Shown here: positions 12,801 to 26,900 of the stretch, one piece after another
How the letters are laid out: each line of letters begins with the position of its first letter
How positions within the stretch are numbered: position 1 is the stretch's first letter
Translations under genes and position numbers: made by a program
Source: Trichoplax adhaerens
Taxonomy: Eukaryota; Animalia; Placozoa
DNA: 64,000 nt
NCBI RefSeq assembly: GCF_000150275.1
Contig: NW_002060978.1
Coordinates: 62,001-126,000 of the forward strand
Reading direction: 5' to 3'
The notes under the pieces: model-generated
The model's database searches: none
What the model saw: only the letters and a program-made list of their open reading frames with translations
What the model was told of the DNA's origin: nothing

Positions 12801-14323
12801 TAATTATTGGGTCATTGATGGTAATATATCCTTAATTGATGCACTAGAACCATCAAATTATGTTCAACCAACACCGGCGACTCCAAACAGCAATGAAATT
12901 GCCAATTCTGTGCAAGCAACATTCGAATATTCCAATAGCATACTGGTAGGATAGGATGTTCAATTTGTTTCATTGGAGGGTTCCATTTACTACTTCAAAG
13001 ATTGGATGATTCAATCTTTTATTATGGAGAATAACCTCTTTTAATCCTTGCAATTTGTCACTAATGATGCACTTTGATTTTCTAGTGGGCTAGCAATTAC
13101 CGAGATCAATTTAAAGCAGGATTAGCTATAGTGGTTACTCGCTATTGTCAAAGCCAATACCAGACGTGTTCACTTCAGAATCAAAAGTAAGTAACAAGAG
13201 GCTTGATTTCTGTTCTGGAATTTGTTTTAAAGTCGATATCATGCACTTACGGCAGTTTAATTTTCTGATATAATTAAAATAATGGTAAATCGTATAAGAA
13301 TCCGTTATGAACAACAAATATTGGCCTAATAGTTTAAATTAAGGATAACTGATTAATTTATCCATGTGCTATTTCTCCACGTGATTACTCGATCAATATC
13401 TAAGCACAGTAATAATATTTGATAGAATAGCCAGAGCATGAAGTGACTATAATTTACGATACGGATAAGTTATTGCTATTTCCTGATGGATGTAATGTTA
13501 TATCTATTTTATATAAGCATAAGGACTAACAATGATGCTAATTTATGATAGTGTGGCATTTAATCAAGGCAACGTACATATTCGTCCGGGCTATCCAATG
13601 ATTTTAGGGTAATTTACTTATTTGTTCTGTGCTCTTCAATATAATTTTACCTTGGATATAAACTCAATGATATGCCTTCTTTTATTATGATGGAATAGCA
13701 ACAATAATGTCGTCGAATTCTACGTGAAACTACCTGTTGGTGGTTCAGCAACTGTTCTACCTAGTAATGTCCTGACTAATATTGTCAGTGCTAACCAAAT
13801 GCATCTTTCTGCAGCCGTTAATGCTCTTCGCGTAACTGGTATTCAACAAGTTACTCCAACGCCAAAGCCTACTACAGGGATACCCACTTCTAGACCAACT
13901 ATTGCTTCAACAACTGGATCAGCTAGCAAACCAACTACTAAACCAACTATTAAACCAACGGTTGTTACTGCTCCTAATAGTGATAACTTGATCATTGGCC
14001 TAACATTAGGCATTGGCGGTGGCGTAGTCTTGATCCTTTTTGCATTCTTAGGGTAATTTTATTCATGTTGGTTATGAATTTAGCTTTAAACGAAACTTAA
14101 ACCTACGTTTTAGCTACAAATTCATAGATAGATTGAATAGGATAGAAAAGAAGATATGATATATAAAATAAGGCTAATTTCTCTTTTATATTTTATTTAT
14201 TGTTCTAGGTATTACTTTAAGAGGAGCCGATCACTTGCTCGTCGTGCTAATGAGAAATCTCGAGAATTAACCAGAATATATAGCGAGAAAGCAGAAGAAT
14301 TCACCAAGCTAAATGATCTATAA
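6837..14323 (+). CDS. MUC4/SUSD2-like protein (SP, S/T-rich, NIDO, AMOP, vWD, Ig-like, EGF array, TM), copy 2, complete
   Basis: About 19 exons: 6837-7098 (signal peptide MLKLAVLAIVLG.., S/T-rich), 7502-7626, 8196-8494 and 8604-8872 (NIDO: NGMVTF, AISPFW, QVTWE, FQLQLLTDG), 9047-9453 (AMOP: CPCS..DRRF..CCY), 9583-9937, 10146-10345, 10465-10701 (vWD starting [12 protein letters not shown]; GLLGLWDG..NDF; CGSDPACLFD), 10871-11392, EGF exons 11482-12685, 12848-12946, 13086-13187, 13552-13608, 13699-14052 (PTS stalk, TM), 14209-14323 (tail ..IYSEKAEEFTKLNDL*). Confidence 0.92.
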
Positions 14324-14542
14324 ATTGTCAGAACATATTCATATCGCAATATTCGATAATGCATGATGGATGGTCATGATAATGATGCCATGAATGGATA
14401 AACATGACATGAGCACTTATTTAATTCTAATAAACAAGTCATTTTCATATTTTGATAGCTAATATACTTAGCTAAATATGTTCAGCATGAACATTATTTT
14501 ATAAATGAAATCAATTGTTTTCAAATTATCATTTACTGGTCA

Positions 14543-14655
14543 ATCCAATTTCCTACAGCAGATTCTTGCTCAAAGTTATTGATAACAACTTTGTTTATGA
14601 TGCAGTCTACGGCTTGAAAATTGGATACAAGTACTGTGTTGGTATGTTGTAGTCC
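14543..14655 (+). promoter_or_regulatory. Conserved structured element, copy 2
   Basis: Same element; inner stem CAAAGTT/AACTTTG; AATAAA at 14701 downstream (another AATAAA at about 14429 upstream). Confidence 0.7.
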
Positions 14656-14839
14656 ACTAGGTTTTTAAGCTCATAAGGCCACTTATTTTCCTATTTAATT
14701 AATAAAGAGTTATTTAATTATTGGCTATGCAGTCATTGTTATAGCAATTTTGATATTTTTGTTACGATTTCTCAGACTAGATTTCTTGTAGCTGTAAAAC
14801 ACATATAAATGGTGTTAATAAAAACATTTAAATTAATTT

Positions 14840-15640
14840 TTATAAGGTCGATGATGTAGAGTTGTAGATATTGGCTAAGTTTTACCTTGAAGCTAACCAA
14901 GTATTAAAAAATTTGCACGATTTTGGTTAGAAAGAAATATTTAAATTAATGCTGGTAGGGTTAACAATGAAGAGTTGTTGATATTGACTAAGTTTTGCCT
15001 TAAAGTTAAACTTTAATCAAGCATTAAAATAGTACGATCTTAGTTAAAATTACAGGGTCAGCGATGAAGAGTGATAGATATTGGTTAATTTTTTGTCTTA
15101 AGGTTAATTAAGCATTAAAATTATACGATCTTGGTTCGATATTACTTTACAATGAGAATAATGATGACAGTTATGTTCTTCTAAATCTAAAGTTGATGTT
15201 GATTAGGCATCAAAATTGTATAATATTGATTGAGTATCACTCTATAAGGGCAATGATCATGATGGTTTGCCTTTTTAAACTGTAAATTGAGATTGATCTG
15301 GCCTTAAAATTACATGATCTTGGTGGAATATATCCCTCCAACGACAATGATTGAAATATTTTCCTATTAAAGTCTATCAAATTTAGGAGTATTCTGGCTT
15401 TAAAAGTGCATGGTCTTGGTTGAATGTTACTCAACTAGGGTATGATAGAGACACTATACCATTTTAAAACTATATACCGAGACTGTTGTGACTTTAGAAT
15501 TGTACGATCCTGGTTAAATACTCCTTTACAACTGGAATGATCGCACTATTTTACTTTTAAAAATGCAGTGTAAGTATAATTTGAGATTATTCTGGCTTCA
15601 AAATTGTACAATTTTGGATGAATTTAATATCGCCGTAAAA
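14840..15640. repeat. Degenerate ~100 bp tandem repeat
   Basis: Recurrent GATGAAGAGTTG..GATATTG(G/A)CTAAGTTTT.CCTT and TTAAAA.T.TACGATCTTGGTT motifs, about 8 units, decaying to the right. Confidence 0.7.
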
Positions 15641-15849
15641 GAGGAATAATCCGAACGTTTTTTTCTCAATATACGGCATAAATTAAGATCAATTTATTTC
15701 ACTAATAACTAATGACCATCGATGAAATCTTATCATATATAGCATTCATCTTAACCTATTCTTAAACTAATTTTTAACTTTGATTAGCTTCATTTATGAT
15801 GGTGATTCACTCTTCAATAATATGCATAATCATATCAAGGTGATTAAAA

Positions 15850-17190
15850 ACGATTGAAATAACTTGATCATTTTTGTACTCTTTACAGTATTAGTAATTT
15901 CAGTTTGACTGTAAAATCACTTATCAATTTACTGGCTTGTAATCAATCATAATCAAGTGGATGGTAATGTGATACAAAAACTTGATCGCGAGCCCTTTTA
16001 TACTAATAAGGATCTTTGTATATGACCGTATATCATTTATGAACTTATTAGATTACTATATGTCGAGGTCAGCTGGACACACTAATAATTTAAATATGGC
16101 CATATACATGTAGCTTTTATAAACTTATTGGTCCTTATTCATCATGATCAGCTAGATGGCAATGGATTTTAAAACTCATTTCTTAATTCTTTTACTGCAC
16201 TAATAATTTTGATATGATCCTGTAGGTTTTTTTAAGTCATTTTCTATTACCATTGGTGAATGGTAATGAATTGTAATCGTTTGATCAAATCCTAACTATT
16301 TTACAGTATCGGTACTCTTACTTTCAATATGCTCATATAGTTTTCCTGAACTTATTGGACTATTATCCATTTATGGTGAGGTGAAGTGGATGGTAATTAT
16401 AATGGATTGTGATAACTTGATTATTTTTTGACTCTCTTACAGTACCAATAATTTGGGTATGGCTGATAGAGGACTCGTTGACTTATTGGTCCATTATCTA
16501 TCGTCAGATGGATGGAAATGAATTGTAATCACTCGACTCTATTACAGTACTCATATTTTCAAGATGGTCTTACAGCTTTCATAAACTTATTGGATTACTA
16601 TCCGTCGCGATGAGATGAGTGGTAATCGATTGTATTATCTCGACTATTTCTTGACACTTTACAGTACTAATAATTTGAATATGGCCATAAAACCATTCAT
16701 AAACTTGTTAGACCATTATTTATCATCAGGTGGATAGTAATGAATTTCAATCCCTTTAATTACATCTCGACTCTTTTACAGTACTCATATTTTAAAGATG
16801 GTCTCACAGCATTTATAAACTTATTGGATCATTATCCATTATAATGAACTACCGTAGATGGTAATACATTGTAATAACTTGATCATATTAAAAATTTTTT
16901 TGCAGTATTAATAATTCAAATATGACCATATAGCTTTCATTAACTTATTGGACCATTATCCATCAGATAGATGGTAATCAGTTGTATTCACTCGATCATA
17001 TCTTGGCTCTTTTACGGTACTCATATTTTTAAGATGGTCGTACAGCTGTCATAAACATATTAGATTATTGTCAGTTATGATCAAGTGGATGGTAGTGGAT
17101 TGATCATTTCTTGAATCTTTCATAGTACTAATAATTTGAGTATAGCTATTGCAACATTTATTAACTTATTAGACCATTATCTAACATAAT
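15850..17190. repeat. ~115-120 bp tandem repeat (about 12 units) with alternating A/B monomers
   Basis: Recurrent TTACAGTACT..AAACTTATTGGACCATTATCC..GATGGTAAT; units start near 15884, 16080, 16192, 16300, 16437, 16542, 16659, 16777, 16900, 17012 and 17122. Confidence 0.85.
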
Positions 17191-17980
17191 CCAGGGACGC
17201 CGCTATAACAATACGATCATGATAATCATTAATAGATATTCAAGCGAGGATTATGCATTTGCTTCGGTAGTGTAAATTTGATATCATTAGGCAAACCTAT
17301 AATAAGTGAACCGGAAAGATAATGAAAAAATTGATATTACTAGTAAGATTAATTAACTAATCTTTTATGCAAGCAAATACGCCTATAAACATGTCGGTAA
17401 AGATATGAAACTGATGTCTTACGAAAAATATTAGTTCTTATACCTGCGCGTGGTCTCGGTCTAATTTAGAACTGTCAAGGCTACTGGAGAAATAGTCTTA
17501 AGAGTAGCCTCTAATGACCTATAAGCAAGCTTGTTGGGGATGAAAAAGAGACTTATTATTTTTTGAATAATATACCTTGCATGCGGGATATCTATTGTTA
17601 CATTATTTTGTTTGTCATGGCTATTCTATTCTTGAAATTATCAGCAACATTCCATCGTGTGGCCAACCACCTTTGCCTTTTATTTCGGGTCATCAAGCCA
17701 CAGCGTGAAAGTTTGGGCTGGGTTAGCATTGGTAATTAACAAATATAGCCCATGATGTACACTGAAACGCCCGTCAATTGGATAGTTAAGTAATATTAGG
17801 TCATCAAAATAGCACGATGGTTGCAGTAGTGTTGGACATTGGCTGCAACTAAAGGTGTCGTCCACGCCAAGAAAAAATTTCATCTAGTTTGCACTATTTT
17901 CGTGTTAAAAGCGTTGGACATTACTCAAATCGATTATTATCCCTTGATATTCTCCATCTATTCTACTATTTCGCCTCAAG

Positions 17981-20900
17981 ATGATTCGTTTACCTATTCT
18001 AACGCTCTTTCTAAGCTGTTTTATCTCGGCATTAAGAGCAGAAGGGATTTCTATGATACCTCACAGTGACGAAGTTATCATTCACACTACAATTCGAGAG
18101 ACTGTGTTTTCTGATCTTCCAATGTCGACTTACGATACTGATACTATTACGATGATGACTTCATCAATATTGAAGCCGACAACTGGGCCTGCAGCTACTC
18201 GACAGCCTACGCCAACTCCTACACGCCCTCTTCCATTCGGTAATAGATCAGTAATACCAATTAATTTTGTGTTTGGGAAAAATGATAATTTTCGATATGT
18301 TTGTGATAGTAAAATGAATTAAGTTTAAAACAGGTCAATGATGAAATAACAGCGAACAGTTATTCTCTATCTTCATTATTATGTTAACGATGAATCAGTT
18401 TGTGTTACTCAACTTAAACTTGAAAAGAAAATTCGTAACGACTTGATTATTCTGCTCACCATAATATAAAATGAGCTACGGAAGTTATTACCGTTTTCGC
18501 GAACTAAATATTTTGAGTATTAATCCTTTTGGAGCTACTACCCACATAAGTCTTGATACCAAATGGAATCAAATACATATCGTTTCCATTAACTTCTAAA
18601 AAGACTCTTATACTAGTCATCTAGCCTAGTCTTTGATAACATCTATTAATTTAGTTCTGATCGCAGCAATTAAATCTAACATTTTAGTAATGACTTCGTC
18701 GCTTACGCTTTATTTCAAGACCTGATGCAATATTTTGAAAGTCTCTGCACTGCATATTTCTGATGTAGTAACTATAGGCTTCTTCATCATAATAAAATAG
18801 TTTCATGCCCTTTTCTCTTACAGTAATTGCTAATCTAGTTCGTGACGTTAAAATCATAGCTTTCAAAGTCGTTTTAATTATACATCTATCAATTTAATTA
18901 AGTATTTTGTGCTGTCAAGTAGAGCCTTTAGGATTTTAGTGCAGAATTTCTTATAACGGCTTAAATATGTATAGTGCCTCCTTAAAAATACAATTTCAGC
19001 ATGCTTTGCATGACGAAACAGGTCTGCTAGAAAAAATAGATCTCAGCGTCTTTTATTCCAACACATTTGAAGGAGGTGTTGGTATAGTGTTTGAGTATAA
19101 GCATCTTCTAATATACTCATCGCCTAGCTTAAGATAGAAATTTTCACTGTCTATGCTCAAAGTGTAGGTGCAAAATCTTTCTTGTTATCACTTGTATGAT
19201 ATTACCACTGGTTGTAAATATTTTTTCCTTATTATTAAACTGCAAAAGTCTATCTATTTGAGAGCATTATTTTGCTATATGTACAGTAAACTATACTAGT
19301 TGCTGATAAGATTCCTTTCCAATTAAAGTATCTTTTCTATAATTAACTATGAATGCCTTTATCTTACGGCCATGGCCACTTATACAATACTATACAGTAT
19401 AGGAATGATTTTGGTCATTTCTTAAATCTATCTCATTCATTAATAATTATAATAATTAACTAGTATATACCATCTTATTATTAGACAGTGGAGCTTTACG
19501 ACCATTCTCCCGAAGTAAATCTGTATCACCAGAAATTTTATGTCCGTCAGTCGATGTGCCTGCAACAATCGGATTACCAATTTATGGCAAATTATACTAC
19601 AAGGCGTTTGTAAGTTAATATTTCAATCAACCAGTGCCGTAACATAATCTTTTTATTTAATCAACAAGGGTTGATAAATGCTATTCTAAAGTCTATCACA
19701 CGTGGTAAATGATAAATCATCTTTTACGCGCACAATGAGTTCAGTTTAACTTGCTTATAAGTTGAGTTATTGCAAAGTACTTCATCGATCTGCTTATAAA
19801 GTTATTTGTGGCTAGTATTTTATTCAGTAATTTATGTTTCAATAAATAATAGTACCATTGAATGGGCTACTGATAGTCTCTCAAATTGGTCTTGATTGCC
19901 TTCTTCAACAATTGATCCAAAATTTGAATAATTTCTATTCTATTAATTTTGAGATTAAATTATTTTGTGAATATCGCAATTTATCTTTTACTGCTAATGA
20001 TGTCACAGCGCTTAATGAAGCTGGGGATGAGCGAGCATTTAATTAGAGTAAAATCATGAATATTATAACCATCTCGACATATTGTTTACAAAATTCGCCT
20101 ATAACTATATTCTACGGTACTTCAGTTAATATAATAAAAAGTGAAATGATCAATACTAGGTTTATTTTGATATTATGTCTCTGATCAGTTCGCTTATGGC
20201 TATTTATTGCGATGGTTCTTATTCAAAAATAGCTATTCTCAGAATACCAATCAGATTTGGATGCTTTCGATAGTAGCTGCTAATCGATTCATCGATTGCA
20301 CTCCTATCCCATCGCCAGTATAAAAATAAGCACAGCAATTTCTTGAAGTATTGTTAAGACGTTTACTATTTGCTTTTAATTTTTTTCCAGCACCATCTTA
20401 TTATGAGTTAATGTTGAGAAATTAGTGCATAGCTGCCGTCTTAATATTCTTTCATAACTAATGAGAAAATTCAGTCTAATTATTCGCCTAGATACAAATT
20501 ACGTAATTAAAAAGAATTAATTTAGCGATTTATCCATGAAATCTTGGTTAAACAATGAACAATTTTATTTAGATTTGTAGTAATGGCATGGTGACTTTCA
20601 ATCGATATATCCCTGTTAAATATCCTATACCCTTTGGTAGTGCAACAAGCATTTCTGGATTGGCTGCTATATCGCCATTTTGGTGTTTGGCCGCAACTAA
20701 ACAACCTGCTGGTTCCGGTACCTATTACGAAACTATGTCACCCAGTGAATTAGCTACTTACAGTAATGAAACGCGAGTGGCATTTTCTAGGAACAATTTT
20801 AGTGCGAAGTGGGGTTTGCAAGTAACCTGGGAGAATATAGTGCCAAATTCTAACACCGCAAATGTTTCTTCTCCGGTATGTGTCTCCCCAAATTTCAAAC

Positions 20901-23900
20901 TTGCTCATTGACAAAAATTGTAGATTAGTAAATGATTTCCCTCTGGACTAAATTCTATTTAATTTATGCCAAAATACCTTTCAAGTTTAGACAGTTGCTG
21001 CTAAAGATTATTTTCATGATTCATTTCTATTTGTTTTCTAGAAAAACACATTTCAAGTCCAAATAGTTACAGATGGGATTTCCACTTATACCTTTTTCCG
21101 CTATCCTAGAGATGGCATCGAGTGGATCTTGCCGAGTGAAAATTCCCATTTAAGCAATTCTAATATTGGTTTACCAGTAGCTGGATGGTCTAATGGCAAT
21201 GAAATGCAGCCTATTTATCATAATATCATTATGTCAGGGACAAGTGGACTGTTGCAGTCAGTCACCGGAAATAAATCCAACTCAGGTCAACGTGGCTACT
21301 GGAGATTTGCGTAAGAACTTGCTTATGATTCGTCTTCTATAACTAGCATCGATGTTCCTTTTCTTATTGAATTTCTAGCTATACCATGTTTGTAACTATT
21401 AATGTTCTAAACTGACCTCCATATAATGTGGCATAATTTTCTTGCACTTGTGTATCACACATTAATTATTATTTATGTTTTAGTATTAACGTATGTCCTG
21501 AATCTTTCAATCAGATTATGATCAGAATCCATATCTTATAATTATAATAGGCGATTAGTCTACATAGAAATCGTCTTATCATTTCCTTTTAATGATGCAA
21601 AATATATTATGATCGATATTCCAACATTATAATACGCTTATGATGTAGTTTATCATAAATTAGTAGAAATAAATTACAACCAGAACCCGTTTACTCTTAC
21701 GTTCACTTTCTTGAGACAACATATATAATTATTGTCCATGATTGAACTTTACATTAAGCTAATAAGATTGACGTCTTTCATGACTCTTTTCTGATTAGAT
21801 TGACAAATAGCACTAAAAGATTGAGCGAAGGATCTTGTCGAGCTTTCCTAACTCAACCACGTCCAACCAGCAGATCCATTTTATGCCCATGTTCATACGG
21901 ACAAGCATTATTCGATAGACGTTTTATTTTCAATGATTTTTTTGCTGGACAAATATGTTTACGTTCAAGATTTATACGCAATGGCATTGTTCGGCGTTGC
22001 TGCTACAGACTAGCAAACCCTGGCTTTGGAGCTTATCAACGAGGTCCTCGTAACTTTAATGCTGGATATTTGGCTCGATGGAATGGAGAAAGGCTAGATC
22101 AATCAGGTCATAGTTTCTGTTGTAACAAGCAAACTCCAATCTCTCTATGTGTTGAATTTTTCAAATCCTATCCAAGTGGGGCTTGTCGACATGCACCTCG
22201 TCTAGGTAAGTTCAGTTCTTGAATGAATTTTTCGATATCTGCATAATATGGCATCTAATTCTATTCTAATTACTGGCAATCCTCATAAACATCAGATACC
22301 ATGTCTTTTCCTTTAATATCACCTTTAACTGATCTTTATCCTAGCTTGGACTTGGGGTGATCCTCATTTTACTACTATGGACTTTCAAAACTATACTTTT
22401 AATGGGATTGGTGATTTTATCTTGCTTCGTAATAGCACAACCAGTTTAGTTCCGTTCGAATATCAATGTCGATGCGATGAAATTTCTCCTGGAGCCGGTG
22501 CAACAGTACTTAAATCTGTAGGTGGTTATGAAGGTAACAGCGGAATAGTTGAATTTAAAGCCAATAACTTTACTGGTGAGATCGAGCTTTACTATAATCG
22601 TGCTAAGCAGATGGTAGGAAATGTATCATCCGTACCTTTCGGTAATAATTCGGTTTTAATTACCATGAATGGAACCTCTGCAAGTGTTCAATTCGAATCA
22701 GGTAAAGACTAAAAATTTAAATTTACCAGTCATGATCTTAATAGAGAAAATTTTATGAAAATAAAGTATTGAGATCAGCAAGTTTTTTCATATTTAGGAC
22801 TTGCATGAATACGATAGTTGGATTTCACTATGTAGCATTGTTATACTGTTAGGTAGAACATGAACTGTTAAAGAAAATTGTGATAGAAGGCAGTTTCTAA
22901 TGCAATCTACATCAATTGACTTTCTTCCGTCTTTGTTTTACGTGATTCTAAATTTATCTGGCTACTTTATGTCGCATATTTAGAAATCTATTTAATTGTA
23001 ATACTAGATTACTCAGAGTAGAAGCTGAAATGTAGCTAATAATCCATTTTCCGTTGTTATATTTAAGAGCAAATTGATTGAACTAGTTAAGCATCCAAGT
23101 TAGATCTGACTTATTACATCTAGACCTCAGAAAGGTTCGGTTCGGTTCAACCCGTTATGATCTATATATAAACTCGTATACATATACAGTGTATGGCTAT
23201 ATGTCCAATTAGTTCCATCTTGGCCATACTACATTAATTACATACTGTATATGTAGATTTGAATAATACTATTCTGTACACTTGTTTTGCAGCTATAAGT
23301 TATCTCTGTTTTAGTCATAGAATGGAAAAAAATATAAGCTTTTATAATTAGCTAGGGTTCAGATATGTTAAATATCTGGGTAGTATGAATTCCATAGCAA
23401 TAATATAAAATACCTGAGACAGTTATTGAGAATTGTGCAGTGATCTATTTTGCGCCATTTTTATAAACCATTACAGGAAAAACATCAATGAATAAAGGAA
23501 TTGCCGTGTATTGCATAATTTTAGTCGATATTTAATCCCATACAGATCTTCAATTTTGCTGTAGACAACAAAATCTCGATCAAAATTTGTACTGTATCTT
23601 GTCGTAGTATAAGAAAATATCTGAACTGTTTTATGCTGCATAAATTTAATCGATTCAAAAGCTTAACTAGTAGACAAAACTTAAAGAATAAAATAGAGCA
23701 TTTAAGATTATATAATTTCCATCAATATTAGTACTTTAATGGGATTCTTAAGTGAAGACTTTAATAATAATTCAATTAATATTTAAACATCATTTCCTAC
23801 TTAGGGTCTATATTGGGTGTTATGAAACGGTCAGATGGTATTCTTGATATAACTCTAGCCCTATCTCGAAACTACTATCACAATACTGAAGGATTATTAG

Positions 23901-26900
23901 GAAAATGGGATGGAGTTCAAAATGATTTTGAAAGTGCATCCGGCGTACAATTTTCACTGTCGACTTCCTCAGCTGAACAAATTCACAGTATTGCTGCTAC
24001 CTGTAAGTAGAGATCGATTTGAAATAAGATGAAAATACTATTTGACTCGATAGTGTGGATATAATACGGTAACCATCGTAGTTTAAATACACATTTTCTT
24101 CTTCAGTATATACGATGATGTTCAGTTACAGTTGCAGCGATATCATGAGCGCAGTGTTTTCGTCAACTGTTTGATAAAGTATCTCTATCCAGTTCTTTTA
24201 ATGTATATGAACGTGACCTATTTCGCATACGGTCACATTCATATACATATTCAGTCATCAAATAAAAATAAAGAATATCGGTTCCCACCGTAGTATGACT
24301 GATTTAACTTTTAGCTAGGAAAAGATTTAGTACTGATACTTCAATAAACTAACTGTAAATAGAAATAATTTGCAAATGAACTTTACCCTCATTTAAACTC
24401 TAATGCTGACATGAAAAATATTGCCAAGAATTAGAAGTTAATACTCCGCTATAATTCTGTACAATAATTTTTTATTCGTATTTCATGATATTAGGGAGAG
24501 TGGCTCCAAGCTCTCGCTTGCTAGCTGGTAATCCTCCATCGTTTATCAATTATCTGCCTATGTTTGTCAATAATATTACCTTTAGTAGTGAAAGTCTACA
24601 AAGCAATGCCACAAGAGTTTGTGGCACAAATCTAGCTTGTCTGTTTGATGTTGCTGCCACCAATTCTATCACCGTTGGTGCACAAACCAAATCTACAGAC
24701 GACCAACTAAACAAGGAACGAACAGAATTAGGTTAGAAACAGCAACATACATTCCCTGTTGCATACTATCCCGTAGATTATCTATATAAGATGTTACTAC
24801 AGCGATATATGTATCTATAGTAAATGGCAATGAAACCAGTATATTATTGACTAATCAATTATTCTAACGTCAGCATCTCTTCTCGTTGAATGCTAATTTT
24901 GTAAAACTTTATTGCGATCTTAGATCACGAGCCACCTGTTATAAGTGCCCCCTCGTCCATTAATGTTACTGTTGGCTCCATGACGTCTTTTTTGGTAACT
25001 GCTTCCAGTGCAAATAGATATAGCGTCAATTTTACTTTAATCGGCAATCTACCAAGTGGAATTACCTTTACTAATGGAAGTAGTATCGGTAACTTTACCT
25101 GGAATGTTAGGTCTGCTAATCCTGCTACGCTAATATTTATTGCCACTGACAGTAAAGGCAGATCAAGTACTCATACGCCGATCATCAATATGTGCAATTG
25201 TACACGTAATGGACGATGCATATGGAATTCTTTAGTCGGAGAAACATTCGTGACAGTTCCTTGTAAATGTTCAAATGGCTATACAGGATCAAGATGTGAA
25301 AGTGATCTTAATGTATGTTCAATCAATCCAGAAGCATGCTTTCCAGGAGTAACATGTATTGATCAGCCAGCATCGGCTGGACGACCAGGTTATACATGTG
25401 GCTCATGTCCATCAGGAATGTCAGGAAACGGAACTTATTGCGCTGGTTGGAGACCATATTTAAATTTCCAGTTGTATGGAATAGTATTTATGAAAGGTTA
25501 ATTCAATTTATGCTTGCATATTCTTTAGATATCAATGAATGTCAAGGATCTCGACATAATTGTAGTCATATTTGCGTGAACAATATTGGTTCCTACCGTT
25601 GTACATGCCCAAAAGGATACTATTTGGATGTTGACGGAAAGACTTGCAAAGGTTAGTATATAAAGTTGATGATACAATTCAACAAGATTTTTATCGATAA
25701 CATTCATGACTGCCGTTATAAACTTATGCAATTACTTAACTTAACAAATTCATTCATTGTCATTTAGATATTAATGAATGCAATTCTGCAAATAAGTGCC
25801 AACAAATATGTAATAACTTTCCGGGTGGCTATAACTGCACATGTAATGCTAATTATGTCCTCAATAGTGACAACAAAACTTGCAACGGTAATGGCTAGTC
25901 ATCTTTAATGGCGGTTCAATATTAAAAGGATTATTGCTTTACCTCATTCCTATCGTAATTAACCTATACGTGGAGGATAAAAGTGATTCAAATCGAAACA
26001 TACTTGTCTATTTAAATGGAATATGTGGGATTTATTGCAAATCGATTGTTACAATTTTTCTTATATTGTTGCTAATTTAAATTTTAGCAAGTTCTCCTTG
26101 TCAACAGCCCAATCAATGTGGTATCCATTTCTGCTATGAGCAAGATGGAAATGAAACATGCACCTGCAGAACTGGCTATAATAAAACCAGTGTTGGAACT
26201 TGCGTCGGTAAGTTATCATTTAGTTAATAATCTTATGCTATATCCTGAAATAAATCGTCACCACATGCCTCAATCATACATTTTATTGACATCATCGATA
26301 GATATTGATGAATGCTCGGTAAATAATGGTGGATGCTCCTACAACTGCTTGAACATAGCTGGTAGTTATCGTTGCCTATGTAGACCAGGCTACAAAATAG
26401 ATGCTAACCAAAGAACTTGTGTTGGTAAGCACAAGATCCTGAATGATTAGGAAATTTTTCATGGTTACTTATAGAATTTTGCTGTAGTAATAAATTAGAA
26501 TTTATTGCTAAAGGGCAGATTAAAATAATTTCCAATTTTACAAAATGTCAGAAATATCTTGTATTTTGGTAAGGGTGTGATTATTATTTCGGCATTTATT
26601 CATTCAAGATATAAATGAATGTACCATGCAAACTCATGCTTGCCAACCTAATGAAATTTGTCAAAATACTCCATCTAACTATTATTGCATCTGTCGATCT
26701 GGCTTGGTGTTTATAAATAATAAATGTCAACTACGTGAGTAAATAGCAGTTTATTAAAGTACCTTGATGATACGATAACTCCTTTCTTGAAATACCTGTT
26801 ATTAGTTTATTTCGAACATTGCTTTACTTAGTAGTAGAGTTGATACAAATCTACTTTAACTTTGCATAACTGGAGTTCTATACTATCTTCATGATTGTAT

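Noticed and set aside
15850-17190. Repeat as a decayed TPR/ankyrin/LRR coding array
   Set aside because: Unit lengths vary by non-multiples of three, stops in all frames, no recognisable consensus.
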